From assembly GCF_009914755.1 (NCBI RefSeq), contig NC_060925.1: DNA of 64,000 bases, one strand, 5' to 3'. The translations under genes were made by a program, and so were the position numbers. The notes under the pieces were generated by a model that did not search any database, was not told the DNA's origin, and saw only the letters and a list, made by a program, of their open reading frames with translations. The DNA comes from the human T2T-CHM13v2.0 reference genome, Homo sapiens. Below, one piece after another: positions 1-34,666 of the stretch. Each line of letters opens with the position of its first letter. The first letter of the stretch is position 1.

Positions 1-268
<268 letters not shown>

Positions 269-559
269 ATATCTAACAGGTAACTTTAGATATGATATAA
301 TGGCTCAAGTAAGACAACAGGACTAGTGCTATTTATTATTTTTATCTCAGGCACATAAAATTAGGTTACTCATAAACCTTAGTTCATGACACACTCATGT
401 ATAGATGGATTCCTTTAATTTACTCCTTTATTTTTAATAATGTCATAAGCACCGACAGACCCACTAAACAAGAAAAGTTAGGATCTTATTAATAATTACA
501 GGGAATCATGTCCCATCCTCTCCCCCATTATATTGTCTCCTTCCCATAAAGAAAACTTC

Positions 560-1288
560 AGTCCCACATGGCTTCACTGGGGAGTTCTTGCAAATATTTA
601 GGGAAAAAATAATACTAAATCCTACATGAACTCTTCCAGAAAACTAAAGAAATAATTCCCAACTCATTCTATAAAGACAATATTACTCTGTTAATAAAAG
701 CGGACATCACAAGAAAAGATAACTTACACAACCAATAATTTATCATAAATACAGATACAAAACTTAACAAAATTTTATCAAATTGATTCCAGCAATATAT
801 TAAGAGGATAATGCATTATAACCAATTGGGAATTATCCTAGGAATGTTAAGGTTGATTTAACACTTGAAAATCAGTTAATGTAACTCACAATATTAATAA
901 ATTAAAAATGAAAGCCATATGATTATCTCAATAGACACAGAAAAAGCATTAGATAAAATCCAACATCTGTTACTGATAATTACTCCAGTAAACTTAGTCT
1001 GATAAACGGCATCTAAGAAAAGCCTACAGCTAACATCTTACTTAACAGTGAAAGACTGGACATATTTCTCCTAAGATCAGGAACAAGACAAAGATATCTG
1101 CTCTTACCACTTCTATCTAACATTGTACTGGAGGTTCTAGCTAGTACAGTAAAGCCAGAAAAAGAAATGAAAGGCATCCAGACTGGAAAGGAAAAAGTAG
1201 AACTGTGCTCACCGATGATGTGATCATCTATGTATGTAGAAAATCTGATGGAATCTATGAAAAAGCCAATAGAACTAATAAGTTATTA
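560..1288 (+). mobile_element. Old L1 (L1M) ORF2 RT-region relic
   Basis: Degenerate L1 motifs: catatgattatctcaatagacacagaaaaagcatt, ctaagatcaggaacaagacaa, gatgatgtgatcatctatgta. Confidence 0.75.
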
Positions 1289-1599
<311 letters not shown>

Positions 1600-1659
1600 T
1601 TATTTTAGCAGGGTTGCAAGATATAAAACCAGAATACAAAAACTGTATTTTTTAATTTT

Positions 1660-1960
1660 AATTTTTTTTCTTTTAGAAATAGGGACTCACTCTGTCACCC
1701 AGGCTGGAGTATGGTGATATGATCATAGCTTACAGTAACTTTGAGTTCCTGGGCTCAAGAGATCCTCCTGCCTCTGTTTCCCAAGTGGCCAAAACTACAG
1801 ACACACACCACCAGGCCTGGCTAATTTTTAAATTTTTTGTAGAGATGGGGTCTACTATGTTGCCCAGGTTGTTCTTGAACTCCTGGCCTCAAGCAACCCC
1901 CCTGCCTCAGCCTTCCAAAGTGTTGGTTTGGATTAAAGGAATGAGATACAGCGCCTGGCC
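1660..1960 (-). mobile_element. AluJ-like, antisense
   Basis: Diverged reverse Alu. Confidence 0.85.
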
Positions 1961-1981
1961 CCAAAATTATACTTCTGTATG

Positions 1982-2980
<999 letters not shown>

Positions 2981-2989
2981 TCATTAATT

Positions 2990-5240
<2,251 letters not shown>

Positions 5241-5310
5241 AAAAGTTGGCTAGAAAATTCCAAAAGAAAAAAACAAAACAAGATAAAACAAACCTAAAAT
5301 AAATATTTAA

Positions 5311-5845
<535 letters not shown>

Positions 5846-5846
5846 G

Positions 5847-6442
5847 GGGCCAGATGCAGTGGCTCACGGATGCAATCCTAGCACTTCTGGAGGCCAAGGT
5901 GGGAGAGTTGCTTGAGCCCAGGGTTTCAAAACCAGTCTAAACAACACAGTGAGACCCCATTTCTATAGAGAAAAAAAAAAGAGCTGGGCATAGTGCTGCA
6001 TGCCTGTAGTCCCAGCTACTTGGGAGGCTGAGGAAGGAGGATCGCTTGAGCCCAGGAGTTCAAGGGTACAGTGAACTGTCATTGTGCCACTGTACTTCAG
6101 CCTGGGTGACACAGCGAGATGCTGTCTCTAAAAAATAAATGTATAAATAAAAAGAAAGCTGGTGGCCGGGCATGGTGGCTCACGCCTGTAATCCCAGCAC
6201 TTTGGGAGGCCGAGGCAGGCGGATCACGAGGTCAGGAGATTGAGACCATCCTGGCTAACACGGTGAAACCCCGTCTCTACTAAAAATACAAAAAATTAGC
6301 CGGACGTGGCGGCACACGCCTGTAGTCCCAGCTACTCGGGAGGCTGAAGTGGGAGAATGGTGTGAACCCGGGAGGCAGAGCTTGCAGTGAGCGAGATGGC
6401 GCCACTGCACTCCAGCCTGGGCGACAGAGTGAGATTTCATCT

Positions 6443-6474
<32 letters not shown>

Positions 6475-6490
6475 CAAGCAAACAAAAAAC
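5847..6490 (+). mobile_element. Tandem AluJ (5847-6152) and AluY (6164-6490)
   Basis: AluY diagnostics: gagaccatcctggctaacacgg, gagcttgcagtgag. Confidence 0.9.
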
Positions 6491-6870
6491 TACATAGTTG
6501 AAGATTGATAGAAATAGCCAAAAATTAGTAAAAATACAGATCTAAAACATGATCAACTACCTTCAGCTAGTTAATATTTATAGAGTAATACACTCAGTAA
6601 TTGCTGAATACACATTCTTTTCAAGTGAACTTAGTATGTTCATCAAGCTATTCTGGATCAAAAACTTTCAGGGATCTTTTACCATCATGCACCTTATGTT
6701 TTCTATACCATGAATCTTGGGAAAAAGAGCTAAAGGTTATCACAATTTATTACTTGCTTGAATCATGTCAGTATTTTTTGAGGGGCAATTAACTGCTATT
6801 TCTATTTATAAAAATACATAATATATTACAAATAAATTAAAATTTATTATACAATATAAATTTTTTTCAG

Positions 6871-6922
6871 GTGCAAATATATACAGAGCTTCATAATCAG
6901 CCCAAGACCACATAGAGCAAAC
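6871..6922 (+). other. NEXN: NEXN exon 2, 5' UTR part
   Basis: Acceptor tttttttcag ends at 6870; no ATG before 6923. Confidence 0.85.
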
Positions 6923-6949
6923 ATGAATGATATTTCCCAAAAGGCTGAG
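6923..6949 (+). CDS. NEXN: Nexilin start exon (MNDISQKAE)
   Basis: aaacATG with A at -3; donor GAG|GTAAGT; joins in phase 0 to ILLSSSKP. Confidence 0.93.
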
Positions 6950-7445
6950 GTAAGTCTCAAAAGTAAAAATAAAAATAAAAGAGGGAAATGTAGAGTTGAC
7001 TGTAGAATTGCTGAAAGGACAGTCATTTGGTGGAAAGGTCATATTTAGGAGTTCATAATTAATAACATAATGGCAAGATGTAAAACAAGAAGAGATACAA
7101 TTCACCAGCTGGTCTTGGGCTAGTATTTTCATTTGGGTTCTAGGAAATTCTACAAAGCATGAGTAGTAAATTTGTGAATGATAGTGAAGTGGATGTGATA
7201 GCTAGCATTCTGAGTAGAATTTTAAATATTTTGTTCTTGATAACTCTTAGAAATTATTATTTTAGTATTAAAACAAAGTTTGACCTATACTCATAGGAGA
7301 AAACATAATTCCCTCTTAGGTAAGGAACCTTTTTAGTGCCTTATATATATATTTTAATTTTTAGCTTTCTTCTGGTTCTTGACTGTAGATACTGAGAGTT
7401 GTAAGAAGAGCTCAGTTGCTGACACCTCAGAATTATAAAGTTAAC

Positions 7446-7455
7446 CCTTAAATGG
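7446..7455. promoter_or_regulatory. Perfect CArG box (SRF site) in NEXN intron 2
   Basis: CCTTAAATGG = CC(A/T)6GG; function not shown. Confidence 0.4.
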
Positions 7456-8351
7456 CCAATGACACATAATAGATTATAAAATACAAGTTGGATGTGCCAC
7501 AAATTAATTAAGTAATTGTCATTATCACTAGGAAAAAGGATTTGGTGTTCTGAGGCACACATTTTATTTACTGAAATTTCATTTAGAAATCAGCTTAATT
7601 TTCAAAGTGGTGAAAATAATTTGCTCTTCTGGTTTTAGAGTGGAGGAAAATCATTTCTTCAGTCTTCTACCAGATTCCCATTCTTTGTGAAGCTGTTGCC
7701 ATATGGAATTCCTCTTACAGCCCGCCCCCATATAGAATGATATAGCCTTCTTACACATTTTTAATGTGGCTTAAAGAAGTTATAGATGGGAAGTAATAGT
7801 AACAACATAAATCACAGCTTGTGCACACAGACCACGGTGTACCTCAGCCACAAATAAGGACTAAAGGACTGGCCTTTGGTTTTGCTTATATTGGATATAG
7901 AAACCAGGAAGGGGGTAAAATGTGAATTAGGCTCAAACTTTAAAGCCTAAACTTTTGCTTTGTTTTCAACTTCACCAAATTTACTGAAATTAGTTTGGGT
8001 ACTTTTTTAGCAAGTGATATCAAATCTGAATCTTTAATAATGGAGTTAGACAATAAAAGACAGTTGTTTTTAATTAGAATTCAGAATTTGATTTTTATAT
8101 TTTACTGGCTTTCAGCTTCAGTGGAATGCTACCCACAAAATGAGATTTCATTACTATATAACAGTGAAATTTCTACTCTCATATTTTCTGTAATGTCATT
8201 TTTCATAGTTAGGTTTTAGAAAGTATCTAATCAGGTTGTGATGGTCAAATAAAGGGTTCAAACACATTTCTATTTTCTGTTTCAATAAATATTTTTTATA
8301 TTGCTTATTCTTATCTATCTTTACCTAATTTCTTCCTATCTTTTTCGTTAA

Positions 8352-8672
<321 letters not shown>

Positions 8673-8775
8673 TAAAATACTTTTCTGTATTTGTAACCTA
8701 ATTTAAACTCTGCATATAATGTGATTTAGTCTAATTTTTGGACATGTGCTCACATTAATTTATTTAACCATCTAG

Positions 8776-8871
<96 letters not shown>

Positions 8872-8906
8872 TAAATAGTAAATTAAATTGCAAAATAGAA
8901 ACATAA

Positions 8907-9140
<234 letters not shown>

Positions 9141-9209
9141 TAAAACTAATCAGTATGTTGCCTAATTAAAATATTTTAATGTAACATAAACCTATTAAAA
9201 AGCAGCTAA

Positions 9210-9502
<293 letters not shown>

Positions 9503-9778
9503 GGCAGCTAACCTGAAAAGATCTGCAGGAAAAATATTTAACATCAGATGCCTAGAAGGACATGGGCAGAATATGCCTATTTTAAGGTAGAATAGTGAGA
9601 TGATTTGTATCATATACAATCTTACCGCTCTATCCACATTCCTCACCCCGTCTACATTCCTTATTTTTCTTTACAAGTTAGAGAATTTTACAAAGATGTA
9701 AGGCAATTTCACATATAAACTATCCATGAGTACCTAACAAAGTGCTGGTCTTCTAATAACAATACTTTTAAATGCTGG

Positions 9779-10139
9779 TATATTAGTCTGTTTTCATGCT
9801 GCTGATAAAGACATACACAAGACTGGGAAAGAAAAGAGGTTTAATTGGACTTACAGTTCCACTTGGCTGAGGAGTCCTCAGAATCATGGCGGGAGGTGAA
9901 AGGTACTTCTTACGTAGCGGTGGCAAGAGAAAATGAGGAAGATGCAAAAGCGGAAACCTCTGATAAAACCATCAGATCTCATGAGACTTATTCACTACCA
10001 TGAGAACAGGATGGGGGAAACCACCCCCATCCCCATGATTCAAATTATCTCCCACCAGGTCCCTCCCACAACACGTGGGAATTATGGGAGTACAATTCAA
10101 GATGAGATTTGGGTGGGGACACAGAGCCAAACCATATCA
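9779..10139 (-). mobile_element. THE1 (C/D-like, MaLR) solo LTR with 5-bp TSD GCTGG
   Basis: Reverse complement begins TGATATGGTTTGGCTCTGTGTCCCCACCCAAATCTCA; GCTGG at 9774-9778 and 10140-10144. Confidence 0.9.
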
Positions 10140-10293
10140 GCTGGTCTTTTAAGGCATACATTAAGTGCTTTCAGTCTTTTTGCTATGCTGCCTTCAGTTT
10201 CCATTACCTTTCTGAAAAGAAAAGTGACGATGAAAGCAAAGCATATGCTATACTTGCATACTAAAGAAATGTATTTACCCTGGATTTGCAAAG

Positions 10294-10398
10294 TGGGGTA
10301 CAGGTATTGGGTAAATACAGCAGTTCCAAATGGGAGAAATCATCCAAAACAAAGGGGTTACATGGCCCATGCAAGTCTGAAATCCAGCAGGTCAGTCA
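10294..10398 (-). mobile_element. THE1/MST internal-sequence fragment
   Basis: ggggtacaggtattgggtaaatacagcagttccaaatgggagaaat...ccagcaggtcagtca resembles recalled THE1-int consensus. Confidence 0.7.
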
Positions 10399-15809
<5,411 letters not shown>

Positions 15810-16003
15810 TGATATTGATATCAATATGCAACAATAAATATAAAGGATATATTTGGCTAATTTGGAACAACATAAACATATTTCAAAAATTATAAATTTG
15901 AAAATTTACTATAAGTCACAACTAAATTACTTTCCAGTTGTTGTTTAAAAGCAAAAAGTAGAAATCTGATGTAATGTAATGATATGAAATTCTCATTCAA
16001 TAG

Positions 16004-16045
16004 ATTGAGGACATAAACAATACGGGAACTGAATCAGCATCAGAG
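16004..16045 (+). CDS. NEXN: NEXN exon 6 (42-nt small exon, IEDINNTGTESASE)
   Basis: caatag| ... GAG|GTAAAC; phase 0/0; needed to reach the 2028-nt CDS. Confidence 0.9.
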
Positions 16046-17229
16046 GTAAACAGACATTTCCTTTAATGAAACATTCACCTAAAATTATCTGATTCACAAA
16101 TTATCTTTTAGTATAAGAAAAAACTAAAAGAGCTTTTATTATTTTTATTATAAATGTAGAAATAACAAAAAAGTATGTTTTGCAAAGCAAGAGCATACTT
16201 TTGCACTTTCAAACACTATAGCTTAGTGTTTTTAAAGAAAAGTATGTTTTGCTTTCATAGTCAGGTTAGAAAGACAAGCCTTATTAGTCTCAGTTTGAGA
16301 TACTCTGCCAAGACAACGTATTTTTTGAACTGTTACTAACAGCTGAGATTGTTGAACGCTAACATTTATAAAAAGGCAATTTTATTTTCATCATTTGTCT
16401 TCTTTCCTCAGAGTTCCTGAGAGTTTATGTTTTGGTTTTTATATAATAGTACAGAGTGCAGTATCTGTTACCAAGAAGAAATGTTCAACAACCACAAAAA
16501 TTTTAGTCATCCCTTTTATCTAACAGAATAAGTTAAAAATCTTTCAATTTGATGGTGTGCCCAAAACTACAGCCCATAAATTGGGAGCAATTTTATCTCA
16601 GGGCCATGTGTTTCATTTCACCACTCTTCTTAGTTTTTAAAAAAGTCAGAGGCAACAACAGATTATATAATTAAAATGAATTAAATAATAATTTTAAAAT
16701 ATTTTAATACAATCAAATACCAGAGAGTTTATCTATAATATATATAAATGTTTAATAAATCACTTGGAAATACTGTGTTTTTTTCTCACTAAATACTGGT
16801 TTCATTAAGTATTTAAAAGCTTGCATAGAGAGAAAAATCATATGAGGAAACTTTTTTTTGTTTAAACTGAATCTATCCACCATCAAATTGATTTAGAGTA
16901 TATTCACATGCACATTTTGTGGATTAGTGCACAAATAGCTTAATTCAGGCAATGTCACTGCAGTTTCGTTATCCAAACAGCTGTATTAACTCCATCTTCT
17001 AGGAAATAGAATGCTTCTTGAACCTCGTCAGCAATGGATTTCAGCAAGATTAACTCATAATGCACAAAGAATTTAGAGTAGGAGATATTTAATAATAATC
17101 TGTAAAAAAATGTTCTTCATAATAACATTGATGACAGTGTAATGAAATTCACCTATGATGGAGGTAAAGTCCCATGAAACCCAATTTTGATTAAGAAGAA
17201 ATAGGCTAATTATCTATTTTATAAAATAG

Positions 17230-17451
<222 letters not shown>

Positions 17452-17531
17452 TAAGAAACAAATCAAGGCAGTTTAAGTTAGCAGCATTTTCCTTTATGAC
17501 TAAAAGGTGGGTTTTCATAACGTTTTCTTAG

Positions 17532-17723
<192 letters not shown>

Positions 17724-17856
17724 TAAACCTTACAATTAATATTAATGAAGTTAGCCGACTTAAGATAAGGTTTACTACTACAAATTCAAAGAGATTTTAC
17801 ATATAGAAGGGCTGATTTTCTAATTGTATTCATATTTCATATATAAAATACATCTA

Positions 17857-19859
<2,003 letters not shown>

Positions 19860-20127
19860 TAAAAATGTTTTAATATTCAATTTTATCTATAGAAATTTGG
19901 CTTATTTGAGAAGTTTTATTTAACCTGAGTACATCTTTATATGGAATTTCTCCAAATTTGAATATTTTATCATAGAAGACATTAAAAAGGAAGGGGATTT
20001 AGGTCAAGTATATTAAGGGCATTGAAACTCCTGTGTGATAGTGGCTAATTCTGTGCCTTTTGATTAATAATTCATTCCTTTTTCTGATGAACCTCAATTC
20101 TTAGTAATGAATTGTTTATTTGGTTAG

Positions 20128-20346
<219 letters not shown>

Positions 20347-20929
20347 TAGAATTCACCTTTGAGAATATGTTAATAGAATCATTAGACTTTAGAGAATACC
20401 CTATTATTTCTGGAAACTGTGCCAAGAGTAGAAATGGCAAATATGTTTTAAAGTCTCCCATGGAATAACACCAGTTGGTTGAAGGTATTTGCTTCAATTT
20501 AGTGTTCAGAAGATTCTGCTTTAAATTGCCATGCTTGGCACAAAGGATGGAATATTATCTCCCTTCTCTGGGAAGGCATGTTTTCCAGAACTAAGTATCC
20601 AAGGAAGAAGAAGAAGTAGGGAGTTTCCTCCCTCAACTTTTCTTTCTTCCTCTCCATTCTTTCGCCACCTCCTTCCCATACTCCCTTTTTCCCTCCTTCA
20701 TTCCTTTATTTCCTTCCTTTCCTTCTTTCAGTTTTCATCCCACCTACTATATATTAAATGACCTGAGTCATTTAATCAGAATTATTTCTCTCTTCAAAAT
20801 GCTCACTCATCACTCCTGGAAATTGATACCTAACTTAACTGTCACAAGGTTATGACTGTACTTCCTATACCAGTTTTATGTTTGTACAATGTACAGTTAT
20901 CTGACAAACAATTTTGAAGCAATTTGAGA

Positions 20930-21790
20930 CTAGAGCACTGCATCTCCTTCTTGAAACACTGTAATTAGCTTTGGTGATATCGTAACCTGGTTTTCTTCCT
21001 CTGTATGGGTGAGCATCACACACATATGTCCAAGTGTTTATTTGGCTTTATTGCCCACACAGATACTCAAATCAGAAACGTGGAAGCCTGAAACACTTCC
21101 ATCTTCTTATTCATGCCTGATGTCCAACCAGTCACTAAGTCTCGTTTATTCTACCTCCTAAATCACTATGAAATCTGTCAGTTTTCCCCCCATTTTCACC
21201 GCCACTACTATAATCCAAGTTACTGTTACAACTTGCCTGGGGCCAACTCCTCATTAACTTGCTTTCTTACCTGTAACCTATTCTTTCCTGTAAGGCCAGG
21301 AGTGATCTTTAAAAAGAAAGAAATTTTGATTGTGTTTTGTTACTGTTTTGCTTAATATTTCCCCACTTTTCTTAAGCAAAAATCCAAAAACTTCTAAAAC
21401 AAATTTCTTTATAGTCTTGCTCTTGTATATTGCTCTCGTTTCATTTCTTGATTCTTCCTGAATCTGCTCTTTGTTCCAAATATGCTGAATTTGTTTGTAT
21501 TTCTTCAAAGTGAGACTCAGCCTTCACACTGTCTGAAAGATGTCCCTCACTCCTTTCCCTATGCTCTGCTAACTCCAATTCATAACTTTCCATTTCCTCT
21601 GGAAAGCCTTTCCTGATAATAAACACCTTCCATGAATTCTTACAGCATTTAGTACTCTTCTATCATAGCGCTAATCCTGTATTGTTACCACTTATGGCTG
21701 TCTTTTCCACTCCATGAGGCCAAGACTGTTCATCAAACATGTGGCACAATGCCTAGCGTAGCAGACCTCCAATAAATGTTGATGGAACAA
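20930..21790 (+). mobile_element. L2 fragments
   Basis: L2 3' end-like ggcacaatgcctagcgtagcagacctccaataaatgttgatgga. Confidence 0.55.
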
Positions 21791-21917
21791 GTGATATTGA
21801 AATCTTACGTGCAGTAGGTAATCCCTGATTCATAAATGGTTTCTACATAGAAGTCCTACAGACGTTGTGAATGCACTTAATTTTTGGAGAATAAGCAGGT
21901 TTAGAAGCGGTAGAAGA

Positions 21918-22261
<344 letters not shown>

Positions 22262-22722
22262 TTACTAGACCTAGTCCTTGGGGCAGATTTGTAGGCCAAT
22301 ACTGCCTTTTTACCATGATTCACTAGCGGAAAAAATGCAGGCGAGAAAACTGCATTAAAACAAAACCAAGTTTCCTAAAGACATTTCTAAAGAGAAGAGA
22401 GAAAACCTTCCTCTTACATTTATATTGTTTTCTTATCCACAAATAAGTATTGTAATTTATCCAGGAATAAGTATTGTAATTTCATACCATAGCTTAGTTC
22501 ATGCATATGTAAAATTTAAAAATTTCAGGCAATCTTTGAATTGTAAACCACTTAAACATTGTTTCTGAGTTGAAATAGTTCTGTGGTAAAGCCTGGATTA
22601 CCTTGATAAAACTTGGAGCAAATGAATAATACCCCTTGCCTCTCTCATTCCCCTGTGTGTATTTCAACCACAGAGTCACAGTTCAGGCCAGAGGGTTATG
22701 TTATACCGCGCCCGGCCTATAA

Positions 22723-23015
<293 letters not shown>

Positions 23016-23039
23016 TATAATCTTATTAGAAATATTTTG

Positions 23040-23250
23040 AAGTTTGAATCCCAGCTTTGCCACATAGTATTTGTGTTGACTTTAGACAATTACTTTTCAG
23101 TGCCTCAGTTTCTTTCTCTGTAAAATGAGGATATTAGTAACTACTTCATAGGGTCATAGGATTAAATAAATTAATACATTTTACATGTATTAATACACTT
23201 TACGTGCTTATAACTGCACTTGGCAGCTCCAAGTATTAACTATTATTATT
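23040..23250 (+). mobile_element. MIR
   Basis: tttgaatcccagctttgccac...gcctcagtttctttctctgtaaaatgagg. Confidence 0.75.
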
Positions 23251-23673
23251 TCTTTAAAATTAGCCAGACAGCAAATAAACAATAAACTCATAGCACTAAG
23301 AATGATTTTTGCCTGATTATGAAGAGATCATGATGGGTTATCTAATTCATTCAGACAAAATCATGATTAACTTAAATGCTTTAATTACCAACCTGGGGAG
23401 TCGTTTCAATCCAATTAAAAAATGTTCTCAAATTAGGAAATCTTAATGTCTAATTTAAAGTACTCATGGTATGAATAAATTATTTCTTTGTCTTCACTGT
23501 AATGGAGAATAGATGGTTACCATTTCCTTCATAACCACAAAATACCTCGGTCTTACATTTTCTAATAATTCTTCCCTTTTATTTATTTATTTTTGAACAC
23601 TGTGTTGAGACTTCCTTGTTTACTGTTAAGTCCCCTTGTTTTTTGTTCAATGTGAAACCTATTTAAGAAATCT

Positions 23674-23990
<317 letters not shown>

Positions 23991-24071
23991 AAATCCCAGT
24001 TTCTTCAAGAAATAGTCCCTTTTTAGTATGTGTAATTCTGGCCAGAGTGATAAAATAATTATTTTAAATAG

Positions 24072-24278
<207 letters not shown>

Positions 24279-24574
24279 TAAGAAATATCTATATTCCCCA
24301 TATTTATTAAGGTAAATATTTTACTTATATCACCTTATAATAACTTTGTATTATTATTCACCTTTAGGATAGTTGACATAGTATTATGAGGTGCTTACAT
24401 GGTACAGGCGTCTGCACAATTATGTGTACTTTCTAGTCTGCTTTAACTACTCCTTCCTTGCTAGTTTAATAAAAAAGTATCTAGGTTTGCAAGTGACTGA
24501 GCTATTACTATTTATTTATATTTGTAGTTCATAAATATGCATATATTCAATACATATATTATATATAGACTATA

Positions 24575-25650
<1,076 letters not shown>

Positions 25651-25864
25651 AACCTAGGAACCAGAAATACTTAATTATTAACTTGAGTATTAAGAGTGAT
25701 GTTTACTTTGTAAGACTACCATAAAATCAAAAGTAGGAAAAATTTTAGATACTGTGGCTCTATTTAGAGATGAAGAAAATCATACAGTGGGTAAGTAACT
25801 GGGCAAAAGCCTGCACAGTATCAGAGCCAGGACTAGAACTCATATGACTCCTAGTCCAGTGTTC

Positions 25865-30908
<5,044 letters not shown>

Positions 30909-32797
30909 TCAACTCATTTACATAACCTTACCTAATCAAAGAATTCCATCCCAGCTCCTGTAGCACTTAAACATGTACCCCTCATTTGGTACTTAAATGC
31001 CTTATATAACATTTGAATTTCTAGTTAGATTTTCCAATAAAGTCTACTCCAAAACCACCTTATGCCCCATTGTATCTCAAGGAAAATACACTGCCTAACT
31101 GCTGACTTTAATATTCATGGGCTGAGAGTACCAATGCCCTATAAAGAATGTACCTACAGAATACCATTTATATTACTATCTTAGATTTCTTTCCCAGAAA
31201 CATGTTTTAACCTGGCTTTTTAGGAGCTCAAGAAAAGTTGACAATTGTACTTGACTGCAGAACTGTGCATAAATTTTCAGCTCAAGAGAAATTATTTTAC
31301 TTACTCAAATTTATTTTCTAAATGCAGGTTTGAGGCAGCTAAATGAATAGTTATGAATTTGCATAAACAGGCTAAAATCTGAAAGGCAAGTTATTAACTG
31401 GGAGGGACTCAGAATAGCAATTATTGTACCTGCTGAAATATTCCATCTTAAAGGTTCATTTGGTAAACAACAAAAAAAGTGTATACTGTGAACAAAGAGG
31501 TCCTTTTTAAATTTAAGTCTCAGAAGTCTGTTGAGATGAAACTACAGTAAGCAAATCATGGTTTAACATGTATTTTTCTTAGTCTTTTATGTATAATAAT
31601 TTTTTAAAAAATGCTGTTCATTCATTCATTAGCAACAACCATAGTCAGGCATTATATTTATCAACTGAAGGTAAATAATGGCACAAAATAGAATTTACGC
31701 ACCAGGTAGCAGGTTGTCTGATGTCCCATGATTTTCCAACATCAAATAAAAAATCTAATGCAGAACCAGAAAAACCATGCAACTACTTTAACCACCTTCT
31801 ACTCCTTTCATCGGAAATGAGGTAGGTACAAGGTACGAGGTGTGAGGTGCAACACCTCAAACTGAAGTGAAACACCCGAACCAAGATTTTTCTTATATAG
31901 GCAATTAAACTGCTTGTTTCAAATTTCCCTTTAGTTGGATGTGGCAATCTGGAGCAATTTCCTCATAGTACTATGAAATATAAATGGTGAGATTTCCAAC
32001 TAGATCCACAAATGCCTAGGTAGTTAGAAACCAAAAGTCAAGAAACCAAAAGTCAACAACTGAAGTACTTTAGAAACCATGAATTAACTACCCACATTAA
32101 CCCCACTCCACCAAAACTGCTCTAGACCTTATCATTACCAAATTATTATTTTCCTAGACACACTATTTGACAGTTGAGACTCTGCTCTTAAATCACTCCC
32201 TTATTAGCATTTCGCCCTTCCAATTCACCCCTCAGATGACTCAAACATATTTTACTTAGTGATTTCCCCATGTTTCAGCCATTGCCTCTTTCAACAGTTG
32301 TCTCTACCTGTTTTTCTACTTGTAAACACCCTTCCCCTGCCATTTCACCATCAATACATTATTTGGAGGGAATTCATTAGGGACATAGTTCTAAGAAGGG
32401 TAAAGAAGGAAAATCATTAAGTGAGAAAACATTTATTATGCAGTAGGGAATGGTATGGACTTACAGGAATCAAGGGAGTACTTTTAACAATTATTTAGAA
32501 TGTATAGCATTCTGACCTTTTTCAGTTAAGTGCTATCAAAACCAAGCAGAGTTGGTAGGACAAACAGGCTAGGATCCCAGTGATATTGTGATCTTTACAT
32601 TTGGAGAAAAAGTCTATAACTAAGAGAATGCTTCATAAATGTATCTATCACTTTTCCTGAACTGGAGAGTTAGAAAAAATCTGAGTGTCTGCAGTGTAGC
32701 AAAAATATGCATTATAAACATGTTAATCATTTTGTGCTTCTAAACACCTTTAGAACTAGTAACGCTTCTTTGTTTTTAGAAGGCAAGCAATTGTTAA

Positions 32798-33046
<249 letters not shown>

Positions 33047-33127
33047 TAAAACCCATAGTTTTATAATTAGGTAGGTTAAAAAAATGTTTTAATGGTTTTC
33101 TTTCAAGTCACTGGAATGTACTGTTAA

Positions 33128-33625
<498 letters not shown>

Positions 33626-33695
33626 TCACTCTTTTTATCTTTTATTCTATTAATTTTTTTTTCCTTAAAATCACTTTTCTTCTTCTCTTTTTTAG

Positions 33696-33709
33696 CTGAT
33701 GACTACTAG
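33696..33709 (+). CDS. NEXN: NEXN alternative terminal coding segment (...IE-TDDY*) after an 81-nt intron 33615-33695
   Basis: Donor AAA|GTAAGA at 33615, long pyrimidine tract and TAG at 33693-33695; spliced frame a|ct gat gac tac tag. Confidence 0.75.
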
Positions 33710-33924
33710 CTCCCCTCCCCTCTCCCTGGAACTTTCTCTTTCACTCCAACTTTCTTACTACATCCATCTTTTCTGTGGCGGGGCCAAAAAAGGAAACCAG
33801 GAGTGCCACTATGCTGACTTCTTATTCCTTTTCATAACAGTCTTCAAAGCACAGCTCATCTAAAGAATGCCTACTTCTTTTCCAAATAAGCATCAGATTT
33901 ATCGCCTATTATGCAGTAACAGTC

Positions 33925-33930
33925 AATAAA
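33925..33930 (+). terminator. NEXN: Candidate proximal NEXN polyA signal AATAAA
   Basis: agtcAATAAAatgtac in the 3' UTR. Confidence 0.45.
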
Positions 33931-34666
33931 ATGTACTTATGGGGGGGAATTACTCAATTATTCTATCAGAACCTATTATAAAGACTGTATTTCCCATAGA
34001 CGTTTACAGCAACTATGTTTAAAAAACAAAAACAAAAAAAAAACACACAAACCTAAGTAGAATACATTATTTTGCATGAAGGAATGTCATTTCTGAGCTT
34101 TTTACACCTAAAATTAGGCTGAAATAGCTGAGATAATTAATTTGGAACCTATCAATTTGAGTGGACTTTTTCTTTAGTAGTACACCATTTTGGTTGTTGT
34201 AGTTTCAAAGTCTTTCTGAAGCAGATATATTGGGATTGGAGCGGGGTGGGGAAAACTGTCACTCCTTTCAGAGGAAAAGGGGAGGAGCATGGAGAAAAAC
34301 AAAAATTAAAGGACTTAAAGAATGGCTATACAGTGTTGAGTGTTGAGGATATTAAACATGTTATTTTTCAAACGTATGTAATATATATTAAATTTATAAA
34401 GCAAATTTATGTTGTGATCTTGCCTGAACAAATTATATTTTAATGAAAAAACTTTCTATTAATAGTTCACGCAAGAGAAAACACTTTCAACATAGTCGAA
34501 GGCTTCAAGATCTAAGTGTATCAGACTTAGGGAAAAAGTGGCACAACCTTCGATTTAAAATTCTAGTCTTTAAAATGAGTTTGTAAATAATTAGCTATTA
34601 CGTTCTATTAAGTTGTTTTATATTTTAATTTTCTGGAAGACAATTTTATTTTACAACGTGAACCCA

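Noticed and set aside
6927-6929. Out-of-frame ATG just after the NEXN start
   Set aside because: Weak context (T at -3) downstream of a good start codon.
22433-22482. Short tandem duplications (24-bp period here; 16-bp period near 32026-32056)
   Set aside because: Ordinary slippage products with no functional cue.
33784-33793. Formal CArG CCAAAAAAGG
   Set aside because: A-only core is a weak SRF site, and it lies in the 3' UTR with no supporting motifs.
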